From the sequence record MN504636.1: a stretch of DNA of 24,000 bases. One strand, 5' to 3'. Both the position numbers and the translations under genes were made by a program. How positions within the stretch are numbered: the stretch's first letter is position 1; each line of letters opens with the position of its first letter. The stretch is from Pseudomonas phage Quinobequin-P09. Below the pieces are notes generated by a model. It saw nothing but the letters and a program-made list of their open reading frames with translations. It was not told the origin of the DNA and ran no database searches. Below, in pieces: positions 1 through 8,013 of the stretch.

Positions 1-6
1 CTTCGT

Positions 7-363
7 TTAGATGGCAATGCCTGCCGACCATCCTCCGGCCTTGTAGGCTGTGAGCTTCTGCTCGTCCTCGATATAGGCTATCCAGCCCACCCTCGGCGTG
101 CCGAACACCCATGCCGACCCTGTCCAGACAGCGACTTTGCCGGCTTGCCCTGCCCATGCACCAGTGGGCGAAGCTGCCACGATGTATGTGTCGCCAGACG
201 CGGGGCTTCCGGGCGGTGTTGCGAGATCCCGATCCTTCACTGACAGCTGAGTGCCGAAGCGCCCCAGCCAAAGAAGGTTCGCGTCCATACCAGTGTTCCA
301 GCCGTTCTCACCGAGAGTCCAGCCGTAGCTCATTCCGCTTCGCGGTTCAGTAGATGCTGCCAT
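7..363 (-). CDS. DUF2793-like phage protein, tail/host-interaction region
   Basis: 118-aa ORF from ATG at 363 (MAASTEPRSGMSYGWTLGENGWNTGMDANLLWLGRFGTQLSVKDRDLATPPGSPASGDTYIVA...GAWAGQAGKVAVWTGSAWVFGTPRVGWIAYIEDEQ). The GWNTGMDAN / LSVKDRDL / PP.SP..GD.YIVA / W..P..GW.A.. pattern resembles DUF2793. It abuts the upstream stop. Confidence 0.8.
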   Translation of the reverse strand: MAASTEPRSGMSYGWTLGENGWNTGMDANLLWLGRFGTQLSVKDRDLATPPGSPASGDTYIVAASPTGAWAGQAGKVAVWTGSAWVFGTPRVGWIAYIEDEQKLTAYKAGGWSAGIAI

Positions 364-2540
364 TATGCGCCTCCGTAAGAGTAACCATATCCGGCACCGT
401 AACCGGACCGAGTGAATTCCCAATCGTGCATCTGAAGGCTTTGAATACCATCACGCACGGCCCACAGCTGAATTCTCAGCCTTCCATAATTGGACCCCAT
501 CTCTGCAAGAGTGAAGGTGTCCGTAACCACACCAGTCAGCCCCGCATGCGTCACGAGCACTGACCCCGCCTGGGTCAATAGGCGGCAAGTGTAAGTCGTG
601 TTCGCTTCTGGGCCGATGCTTGCTGCCTCTGTATCGACGAGCGTTGCGGTCTGCTGCAATCGGTCGCGATGTACCCATGTCACAGTGATGTTCTGGTCGC
701 CTCGAACCGTGTCCGGATAGGCCAGGCTATTGATGCGCAGCTTCTGCGGAGGGTAAGGGCGAGGCGCGCGAGCCTGGATTGTGACCGTTTGTGCAGTAGC
801 AGACGCTTCTGCGAGCGTACCCTTGGCCGTAGTGGGCAGCAGCTTGATCCGAGCTACTTCGCCTTGAGCGTACTCCACCTGATCTGTCTCAAAATACACA
901 TCAGGGAAGAACACGCGAGCGCCTAGCGCATGTACCGCGGGCACAGAATCAAGCACCCCGCGTCCCACAGTCATAGACGAGCTACTGATCGCGGTAACGA
1001 TGACCAGTTCATTGTCGATGACTGCATAGGTGTTAATCTTGACAATGTCCAAGTCCATCCCGGACTGAATCGGGATCACCGTCTGGTTCGGGGTGATAGC
1101 AGCACTGAGGACAGCAGTAGGGCAGAAATCGACCGTGCCGGCCTCCTCGTACGCAGTGTTCGTCGGGTTCGTATAGAGCTTGGCGTTACCCGCGTCACTC
1201 GTGGGCCGCACACCTGTGGCCACCACGAAACCCGCTGTCGTCGGAATGCTACGCGCGTCAGTTTCACCCATGCGCTGACACAGCTCCCAGAACGGCGCCT
1301 CGATGACGCAATGATACGGGCAAGGCGCGGGATCATTGTTGGGATCAGTCCAGCCGCTAGGCGGAGGAGGCGCATAGATGGCGCTCGACAGGGCGAACAC
1401 GTCCTCCACTGCGCTGATCTTGACGACGTTGCTATCCAGTGCGCCCAGCTCCACGTTCGCCACCCGCATCACAAGCTGGCTGATCCCGTAGCGGGGCCAG
1501 CTAAGCACAAAGACGTCACCAATGTTCAGCGATGCGGCCTTGCGGTTGGCGTAGATCGTGCCGCTGGCAAGTGGAACGGACAGCGCCTTGAGTGACCGTG
1601 CCGCTACCTTCGTGGCGATAGTTCCGTTCGTGAATCCTGGAAACTGCTTCGTCGTACTCACGACAGACTGCTGCTGTGCAGCCAGTGCGATGTCTTGCAC
1701 TGTGATCGAATTGTTCTTACCTGTGCTTGCGTCCCAATAGACGACAGTCACCGAATTGACGAGCTCTCCTATGGTGTTACGTTTGAAATCCGAAATCTTA
1801 TCGACAGAGGACTCGTCCAGCACCAGCAACGAATTGACATCGTATCCACCGCGCGCGAGCTTGAGCACAAACTTTCCTGACGTGCGATCCACGAACAAGG
1901 AACCGTCTATGTGCTTCAGTACCTCCTGAATGAATTCCTCAAGAGTTACTGAACGATCCCACAGGAGCGACATGCCCATGCCTTCGCTATACATCTGATC
2001 GGCAGCAGCCTGAAACGTAGTGTCATCCACATCAGCTTCAGGATAACCCATGCCCCAATCCGGGTCAGTGAGGCACTCGCGGATGATGTGCGCTGGGTTC
2101 ATATCCTGGCCGATCGCTGCCTTCGCGATGTACCATTGAGCGATTCCGTTCTGGCGAACCAGTATGCGCTGGCCCCAGAACGATGGGCGTTTCAGATACG
2201 GGTTCATGCCAAGATACACTTGACGGAACACAGCGCTGACCACACCTCTGAAGCCCGGCACCATCGACCCCAGCTTGCTCACGAGGTAGCTGTTCGGCGT
2301 CTGCGTGTCGCTACCCATATCGATATCGACCGTGCCCGATACACCGCCTTCGCGTTCCTCACCGCCGAACAATGTGTCAGCACTGATAGTGATTGCGCCG
2401 CCTGTAGCGTTACCAGTCCAGGCAGTCTTTTCGTCGAACTCTACCTTGATGATCTTGTCGATCGGTCCGTGGCAGAATACCATGTGCATGCCGAGATAAT
2501 ACTTATATCCGACTGTTTGTGCTTTGCTACTCCCGCCCAC
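363..2540 (-). CDS. gpJ-like central tail tip / host specificity protein
   Basis: The ORF track gives 732 aa from 2561. GTG at 2540 gives (M)GGSSKAQTVGYKYYLGMHMVFCHGPIDKI..., a common start for phage tail-tip proteins. It contains LVRQNGIAQWYIAKAAIGQDMNPAHIIRECLTDPDWGMGYPEADVDDTTF and follows the tape measure and DUF2163-type genes. Confidence 0.85.
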   Translation of the reverse strand: MGGSSKAQTVGYKYYLGMHMVFCHGPIDKIIKVEFDEKTAWTGNATGGAITISADTLFGGEEREGGVSGTVDIDMGSDTQTPNSYLVSKLGSMVPGFRGVVSAVFRQVYLGMNPYLKRPSFWGQRILVRQNGIAQWYIAKAAIGQDMNPAHIIRECLTDPDWGMGYPEADVDDTTFQAAADQMYSEGMGMSLLWDRSVTLEEFIQEVLKHIDGSLFVDRTSGKFVLKLARGGYDVNSLLVLDESSVDKISDFKRNTIGELVNSVTVVYWDASTGKNNSITVQDIALAAQQQSVVSTTKQFPGFTNGTIATKVAARSLKALSVPLASGTIYANRKAASLNIGDVFVLSWPRYGISQLVMRVANVELGALDSNVVKISAVEDVFALSSAIYAPPPPSGWTDPNNDPAPCPYHCVIEAPFWELCQRMGETDARSIPTTAGFVVATGVRPTSDAGNAKLYTNPTNTAYEEAGTVDFCPTAVLSAAITPNQTVIPIQSGMDLDIVKINTYAVIDNELVIVTAISSSSMTVGRGVLDSVPAVHALGARVFFPDVYFETDQVEYAQGEVARIKLLPTTAKGTLAEASATAQTVTIQARAPRPYPPQKLRINSLAYPDTVRGDQNITVTWVHRDRLQQTATLVDTEAASIGPEANTTYTCRLLTQAGSVLVTHAGLTGVVTDTFTLAEMGSNYGRLRIQLWAVRDGIQSLQMHDWEFTRSGYGAGYGYSYGGA

Positions 2541-2730
2541 GAGCCACCTCCACTGCTGCAAGCGCCATTCCGTCGTTGCCAGTAGCTTCCAGCAGCTTGT
2601 CGGAATCGATGCCGTTATTCAAGAAATCGGTATAGTCCAGGCCATACCGCGCGAACAGCTCGCGCACGCCCCGCGCACAGTAGCGCAGCTCGCGGCAGTG
2701 TTCCATTCGAACGATCACACTGTTCGTCAC
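2527..2730 (-). CDS. small conserved tail-module protein (67 aa)
   Basis: GTG start at 2730 overlaps the upstream TGA (2727-2729) as GTGA. Product (M)TNSVIVRMEHCRELRYCARGVRELFARYGLDYTDFLNNGIDSDKLLEATGNDGMALAAVEVARGRE. Confidence 0.7.
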   Translation of the reverse strand: MTNSVIVRMEHCRELRYCARGVRELFARYGLDYTDFLNNGIDSDKLLEATGNDGMALAAVEVARGRE

Positions 2731-2960
2731 TTCTTGCCTCCCTTTTTCTTCACAGGGACAGTTCGAAGATCTCCGTACCACACCACATTCGGGCCATCCA
2801 TCTTGCGCGTACCGAACAGCACAGGGATCTCACGACCGACTTCTGCTGTAGGCGCCTGAATCTCATCCAGCCCAGCAGGAGGACGAGTCTCGGGCTTGGG
2901 CATCATCGCATAGCTGACGACCAGCGCGACGATGAATACGATTGCATAGACCCATGCCAT
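2727..2960 (-). CDS. small tail-module protein with N-terminal hydrophobic segment (77 aa)
   Basis: MAWVYAIVFIVALVVSYAMMPKPETRPPAGLDEIQAPTAEVGREIPVLFGTRKMDGPNVVWYGDLRTVPVKKKGGKK. The GREIPVLFGTR...GPNVVWYGDL segment is typical of proteins encoded just before the tip protein. Confidence 0.75.
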   Translation of the reverse strand: MAWVYAIVFIVALVVSYAMMPKPETRPPAGLDEIQAPTAEVGREIPVLFGTRKMDGPNVVWYGDLRTVPVKKKGGKK

Positions 2961-2969
2961 ATCGTTCTC

Positions 2970-3779
2970 CTAAGCGATGGACGAACCGCTGTACGGGTTC
3001 TTGGCTGGAATCCAAGGGAACCCGCCGAAGTTGTCCAGATTGTTGAATTTGTTCTTGCAGGTCTCTTTCAAGTGATCGCAGCCCGGGTAGATGGCCACAG
3101 TCTGCCCGCCTGCAAGGCTCGCGAGTGGCCTTGCCATCGTTACGGTGTCACCGGAATGCGCGGTAATGAATCGCGCGCTGCCGTCTGGGGCGACGATCAT
3201 GCCCCCTGTGTAGTAACCGTCGGGTTGCAATGCTGCGCCGCCTACAGCGACGACCAGCCCGCCCGCAATCGACAGCACAGCGCCCTCATGCTTGTAGAGC
3301 TCGCGATTGACATTGCAGCCCTTCAGGTACAGCGTTCGGCGGCACCCGTACTCGAAGCGCGCACGCAAGCCAGGGCGCTTGATCGACGTGAAGACGGACT
3401 CGCACTGGACTTCAATCTGGTTGCCACTGGTCTTGGCGCCAACGACACGCCCTTTCCAATACACAATGAACTGAGCGTCCGGATCACCGTAGTGGCCGCG
3501 ATAGATCGTCACTGTGGTCACGTCCTCAGGCGCGAACGCGAGATACTGCGAAGCGAATGCATCGTCACGGGGGAACACCAGCTTGATGGAGTCTTTGAAC
3601 GTGTCGGTCGTCTGTTTCACGCTGTCCCGCTTGACAGGTGACGGGGTGAAGGTCTGCCCCAGCCGAATGATCTCATTCACCCCACTGACGAAGTTCCAGC
3701 GGGAAATCCCCTGCACGAACTCATAGAGCTCAATCGGGGTTCCCGTTTCTAACGACGTTTCATAGCTTGCATACGTCAT
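2970..3779 (-). CDS. phage DUF2163 / BR0599-like tail assembly protein
   Basis: 269 aa: MTYASYETSLETGTPIELYEFVQG...YGDPDAQFIVYWKGRVVG...QIEVQCESVFTSIKRPGLRARFEYGCRRTLYLKGCNVN...ALQPDGYYTGGMI...YPGCDHLKETCKNKFNNLDNFGGFPWIPAKNPYSG. The CRR..Y..GC / C...C..KF.N..NFGGFP.IP motifs are characteristic. Confidence 0.88.
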   Translation of the reverse strand: MTYASYETSLETGTPIELYEFVQGISRWNFVSGVNEIIRLGQTFTPSPVKRDSVKQTTDTFKDSIKLVFPRDDAFASQYLAFAPEDVTTVTIYRGHYGDPDAQFIVYWKGRVVGAKTSGNQIEVQCESVFTSIKRPGLRARFEYGCRRTLYLKGCNVNRELYKHEGAVLSIAGGLVVAVGGAALQPDGYYTGGMIVAPDGSARFITAHSGDTVTMARPLASLAGGQTVAIYPGCDHLKETCKNKFNNLDNFGGFPWIPAKNPYSGSSIA

Positions 3780-5459
3780 GACTCAGGTGTCTCCGCTAGT
3801 GCGATGGAGGTCGATACCTGACCGACATCTCTGTGATTAAACGTGATCAGATCCGTATCGAATCGGACGTGGGACATGAAACACACAAAGTCGATGTCGG
3901 TCGTTGCAAAGGCCGTTCCGATTTGTGCGCTCAGCGACAGTGCTTCATTCCCGTCGTTATCGGTACTCCCTGACGTCACTCGCGCAAAGATGCGAGTCCC
4001 GTTGAGGAGTTGAATCATGATATCCTTGACGGTGTAGTATAGCGGATAACCGATCGGACTTACAGTGATTGAGCTTGCGGTGCTTGCCACGTCCTGCAAG
4101 ATGACCAGATCGCGGTTCCAGGAAGGCAACCAGAACGCGCGCTGCTTCCCGCGGCGAGCATGAATCCACTTGCGCAGCTTCCACACGTCTGCCTTATTGT
4201 TTTTGATGAAAGAGATCGTCTGCATGAAGCGCACCCAATTCGACGCGATGTCAATTTGGATGGGCCCCGAGCCATTGTCGAACATGTCGATCGTTTCGAA
4301 CAATCTTCTCACTAAGGTCGCCCACCACAGCAGAGCGATCCGTCATAACGGGCTTGCCCCGATATGTGGGGAATGTCCCATTGTCGCCCAAGTCCTTGTT
4401 CTGCGTCACAAGGAACTGCGCCTTAGCGGTGATATACTTGTTCGCCGCTCGGCTGTATTCAACACCGCTGAGCGTGCGAGCAAAGCGAAGGGGTGCGATA
4501 TAGCACTTGGGCCAGCTCTTGTCCAGCGGTAGCTTAAGATTGACACCTGTCGGAGTCACCGTTGTGATTTCCAGCGCTGCGAGGTTAGTATCCGACGCCC
4601 ACAGCATAATCAAGTCGTCGTCACGATAGTCGGCGTTCGCAGTGTCGAACGCAATGAACGACGAACCAGCGGTAAGGCCGTTCAGCAGAGGGGTGACTTC
4701 GTCCCAGACTGCAATGCCATAGACACGATGCGCCCATTGCGTGCTGATCGCTTTCGCGCGGCTGAACTGCTGCTCGTCCAGAAGGAACTTGTGTGAGAAA
4801 GACTGGCGGGGTGCTTCACGCAGCGCGAGGCGCTGTTCGTTGTTGAAGCTATCGAGTAGATCAGTCTTCCATTCCATGGTCTCGTCGTACCCCGTATCGG
4901 GCACAAAGGGCCACAGCACCACACGACGGCCAGTAACCGTGAGAGTTGGAGTTTCGGACGGGAAGTGGAAGCTATACACCGCATCAACGATCGGAGGGCC
5001 GTTCGTGCTGATGTTGATGGTATAGGTGCGCGATTCCAACGCTGCAAAATACGTGGGCGGGACGACAGGCTGAGTGAATGTGATGCCTTCGGTGCCTACC
5101 TGCCCAATCGAGGAAAGCAGTTTGGAGCTAAGGTGAGCTGACCACACTTCCACCGTCCGGATCTGTGATGACAGCAGGTTGCCCAGTGCAATAACGCCAG
5201 GCTTCACATGGACGCGGAAATAATAGTCGTCCAGGAACGTGGGCATGCGCCACGCCACGGACGCTGTCTTAGGCTCCAAGTCGATAGGCAGGTTGTTCGT
5301 GACATCGACTTTGCCCAGCGCTTCGGTATCCAGTATCGGCCAGCGGTTCGGGTAACTCTGATCCGAAAAGAACGGGGCATCTAGGCCGGACGCTTCCTGC
5401 GGAGGCGGTTGCCTCCGCATATCGAAATCGACAAGCCCGTAAGTCGTCACGACTGCCAT
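3776..5459 (-). CDS. large tail protein, apparently broken by a +1 indel near 4306 (about 560 aa if corrected)
   Basis: The track splits it into 5459..4251 (402 aa) and 4312..3776 (178 aa). Removing one A from GAGAAGATT joins ...MTDRSAVVGDLSE to RLFETIDMFDNGSGPIQIDI...GKQRAFWLPSWNRDLVILQDV. The corrected length is 1683 nt, divisible by 3. Confidence 0.8.
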
Positions 5460-5460
5460 A

Positions 5461-6462
5461 TTAGGTCACCTTCTTATAGGCGATGCCCCGCTGGTAGCTT
5501 CGGCCGCCTTTGTTGTACCACGGAAACACCTTCCAGGTATCCGCCCCGATGGTGAATTCGTCGCCTGGCAGATAGTTCGTCATGTCCATGTAACGAATGC
5601 CGGGAACCACGCCAATCGGGTGCAGGTATTCGTTCGAGCGATTCACGGACACAATGTTCGGCGTAAGAACACCGATCCCGTTCATCGGATTGGGCGACAA
5701 GTCACGGATCAGGCGGTCATGCACACCTCCCCCTTGGCAAGCCTGAACCATGAACGTGTTGGCTGCTGCGCGAGCTGAGCCGCACCAGTTATCAAACGAG
5801 TCGAACGCTGCACGAACAAAAGATCCTGAGTTCGTATTGGTCGTCGTGTAGTCCGCCGCACGAAATGGGACTTCTTCAAGAGAATAGGTGCCGTTGTCGA
5901 TGTCCGATCCCAGCCATGAGGAAGTTGCGACGGAGTTCGTCACAGACCCGTTACTGCCTGTTGAATAAAAGAACCGACCGCCTCCGGGCGTGCCGCTGTT
6001 GAAAAGATCCAGCGTCCCGAAACCAAGACGAAGGAATGTCCCTGTGGTTATCTCGAGCTCCAGGTAGATGGTTTTGCTATCCGGTGCAAACAAGTGATAA
6101 GCAACGAACGGACCTTGGCTTATGACGAACGGCATATAGCCGTGGCCTTGTTCCGATCCGGCAGTACCGCCTGAACGAATTGGATATCCAGGCTGGCGAT
6201 CCCAGGCGCTGCCACCCGCATAACCATCCGAACCGTTCATGCTGATGCCATAGCGAAGCGTGTAAGAGCTGCCATTGACAAGTGCGGTTTCGTTCTGGTA
6301 GGAACGAAAGTTGAAATATGCGCTACCTTTCGACAGGCAAAGCTCCTGCCCTGAGCCTGCAGCGACCCAGCGATTCGCCGTCCAGCCCTGTGCGATAGCA
6401 AAAAGGCGCAGCTTGTCCAGCAGGTCGTTCGCGCCAGTTGCGGTGCCGGTTTGATAAGCCAT
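5461..6462 (-). CDS. putative tail/virion protein, paralog-like to the preceding gene
   Basis: 333 aa: MAYQTGTATGANDLLDKLRLFAIAQGWTANRW... Encoded between the 509-aa tail protein and the large tail protein. The N-terminal pattern is shared with the 509-aa neighbour. Confidence 0.7.
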   Translation of the reverse strand: MAYQTGTATGANDLLDKLRLFAIAQGWTANRWVAAGSGQELCLSKGSAYFNFRSYQNETALVNGSSYTLRYGISMNGSDGYAGGSAWDRQPGYPIRSGGTAGSEQGHGYMPFVISQGPFVAYHLFAPDSKTIYLELEITTGTFLRLGFGTLDLFNSGTPGGGRFFYSTGSNGSVTNSVATSSWLGSDIDNGTYSLEEVPFRAADYTTTNTNSGSFVRAAFDSFDNWCGSARAAANTFMVQACQGGGVHDRLIRDLSPNPMNGIGVLTPNIVSVNRSNEYLHPIGVVPGIRYMDMTNYLPGDEFTIGADTWKVFPWYNKGGRSYQRGIAYKKVT

Positions 6463-6471
6463 GTTGTCTCC

Positions 6472-8001
6472 TTAATCCTGCGCCATCGCCCAATACTCAT
6501 GAACTTCAGTGCGAGCGACGTTTTGGAAGATGGTGTAGTTCGTGCCCGCATAGGACGTCGTATTCTCAGAGGCGTTGGAGAATCCGGATATCGCCATGCA
6601 CCCGTCAAGCTCTCCCCATACCGCCATCGTGGGCAGACGCTGCATAAGAATGAGCGGTTGCAGAATGTAGCCTCCGCCTAGAACTTCTCGGTAATCCCTT
6701 CGAGGGCCAGCTGCACCTACACTTCGAACAGCAGTGGGCCACACACCCGCTCTGAGGCCTGATGGGGTGAAGGGATAGCTGCTGCCGTAAGTCATTTCAA
6801 TTAGCGCTGACGGATCAACGCCACTAGCACTATACCGCTGGCCGAAATTCTGCCATAGGCCGTCAGGGGTGCGCGCATACAGAGAGGCGCTGGTCTGTGT
6901 CGTGCTGCTGTTAGCTGCATAAGACGCGGGGCAGGGGAACGCGCTGTGACGATAGTGCGAATACGAATAGCGCCACGGGAGCGAACGATCTGACGTAATT
7001 GGTGTCAGAGACCCTCCCACTGCCAGCGGATATGGATACTGAGACGGACTTGCGTACGGCAGGAAGAACCCCATGTATCCGCCTTCGAACGAAGTGGATA
7101 CCTTGACCGCGAACGAGAACACACGCCCAGTGGCGCGGAACCAATACGGCATCGCGGCGTTCCAGCAAGGCACGATCGGAACATCCAATGGGATTGCGTT
7201 CGTGTAATCATTGATGGCGCCCGGTTGCAGGAACCAGCTTGTCACGTTCGGATCGTAGCCCGTATATCCGTTCAGGAACAGATTGTACCAGCCGTTGGCG
7301 GCATCATATTCGCTGCGGATGCCAGTGTAGATAGCATCAGCGCCTGCGTTGCCGGTCGCTTTGAGAATGGCTTCACTGCCAAAGTGATTGACCACATCGC
7401 CGCCCGCGTCCAGCAGCAGCAAGTTCCGCCAGTAGCAAGAACCGGAAGCAGTACCCGACTGAATACGGTCAATAATGATGCGCCAGTAGATGTGTGCTCC
7501 GGGCGTACCAGGCACAGCGAAGTCTCGCGTTTGCCCGATCGCATAGGCAGGGTTCGAATTGACAGTCAGCGCGGTAGTCCATGCAGAACCGTCGTCAGAA
7601 TACTGAAGACGAAAGTTCTGCAGGACACCGTTCGTCCCAGTAGCATCCAGAGCAGCTCCGATCCGCACAGTTGCGACCGCCTTTGCGACGCGCATCGTGA
7701 TAGTGATCTGGCTGGTGCCCGCGACGTAACTGGTGCAGGTCGTTGAACCTGTTGTCGTGTTGTTCGGGTTATCCGTACCGAGGGAACGCGGTTCGTAACG
7801 GAACGAATGCAAGATGCGTCGGTTCGCATACGTTGCGTTCTCTACCAGATTGGTCGTGATTCCAGCCACGTTGTCCCGATATTGCCTCAGGACTTGCCAT
7901 TGCTGGCTCGCAGCAACGAGCGCAGCATTAGTCGTCAGGAAAGCGATAATCTTTCCGAACAGGTCTTCAAGATCGGTAGCTGTGCCCGTAGCGCTTGCCA
8001 T
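6472..8001 (-). CDS. putative tail/virion protein
   Basis: 509 aa: MASATGTATDLEDLFGKIIAFLTTNAALVAASQQWQVLRQY... Located directly downstream of the tape measure gene. Confidence 0.7.
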   Translation of the reverse strand: MASATGTATDLEDLFGKIIAFLTTNAALVAASQQWQVLRQYRDNVAGITTNLVENATYANRRILHSFRYEPRSLGTDNPNNTTTGSTTCTSYVAGTSQITITMRVAKAVATVRIGAALDATGTNGVLQNFRLQYSDDGSAWTTALTVNSNPAYAIGQTRDFAVPGTPGAHIYWRIIIDRIQSGTASGSCYWRNLLLLDAGGDVVNHFGSEAILKATGNAGADAIYTGIRSEYDAANGWYNLFLNGYTGYDPNVTSWFLQPGAINDYTNAIPLDVPIVPCWNAAMPYWFRATGRVFSFAVKVSTSFEGGYMGFFLPYASPSQYPYPLAVGGSLTPITSDRSLPWRYSYSHYRHSAFPCPASYAANSSTTQTSASLYARTPDGLWQNFGQRYSASGVDPSALIEMTYGSSYPFTPSGLRAGVWPTAVRSVGAAGPRRDYREVLGGGYILQPLILMQRLPTMAVWGELDGCMAISGFSNASENTTSYAGTNYTIFQNVARTEVHEYWAMAQD

Positions 8002-8013
8002 TTAATTCTCCTC

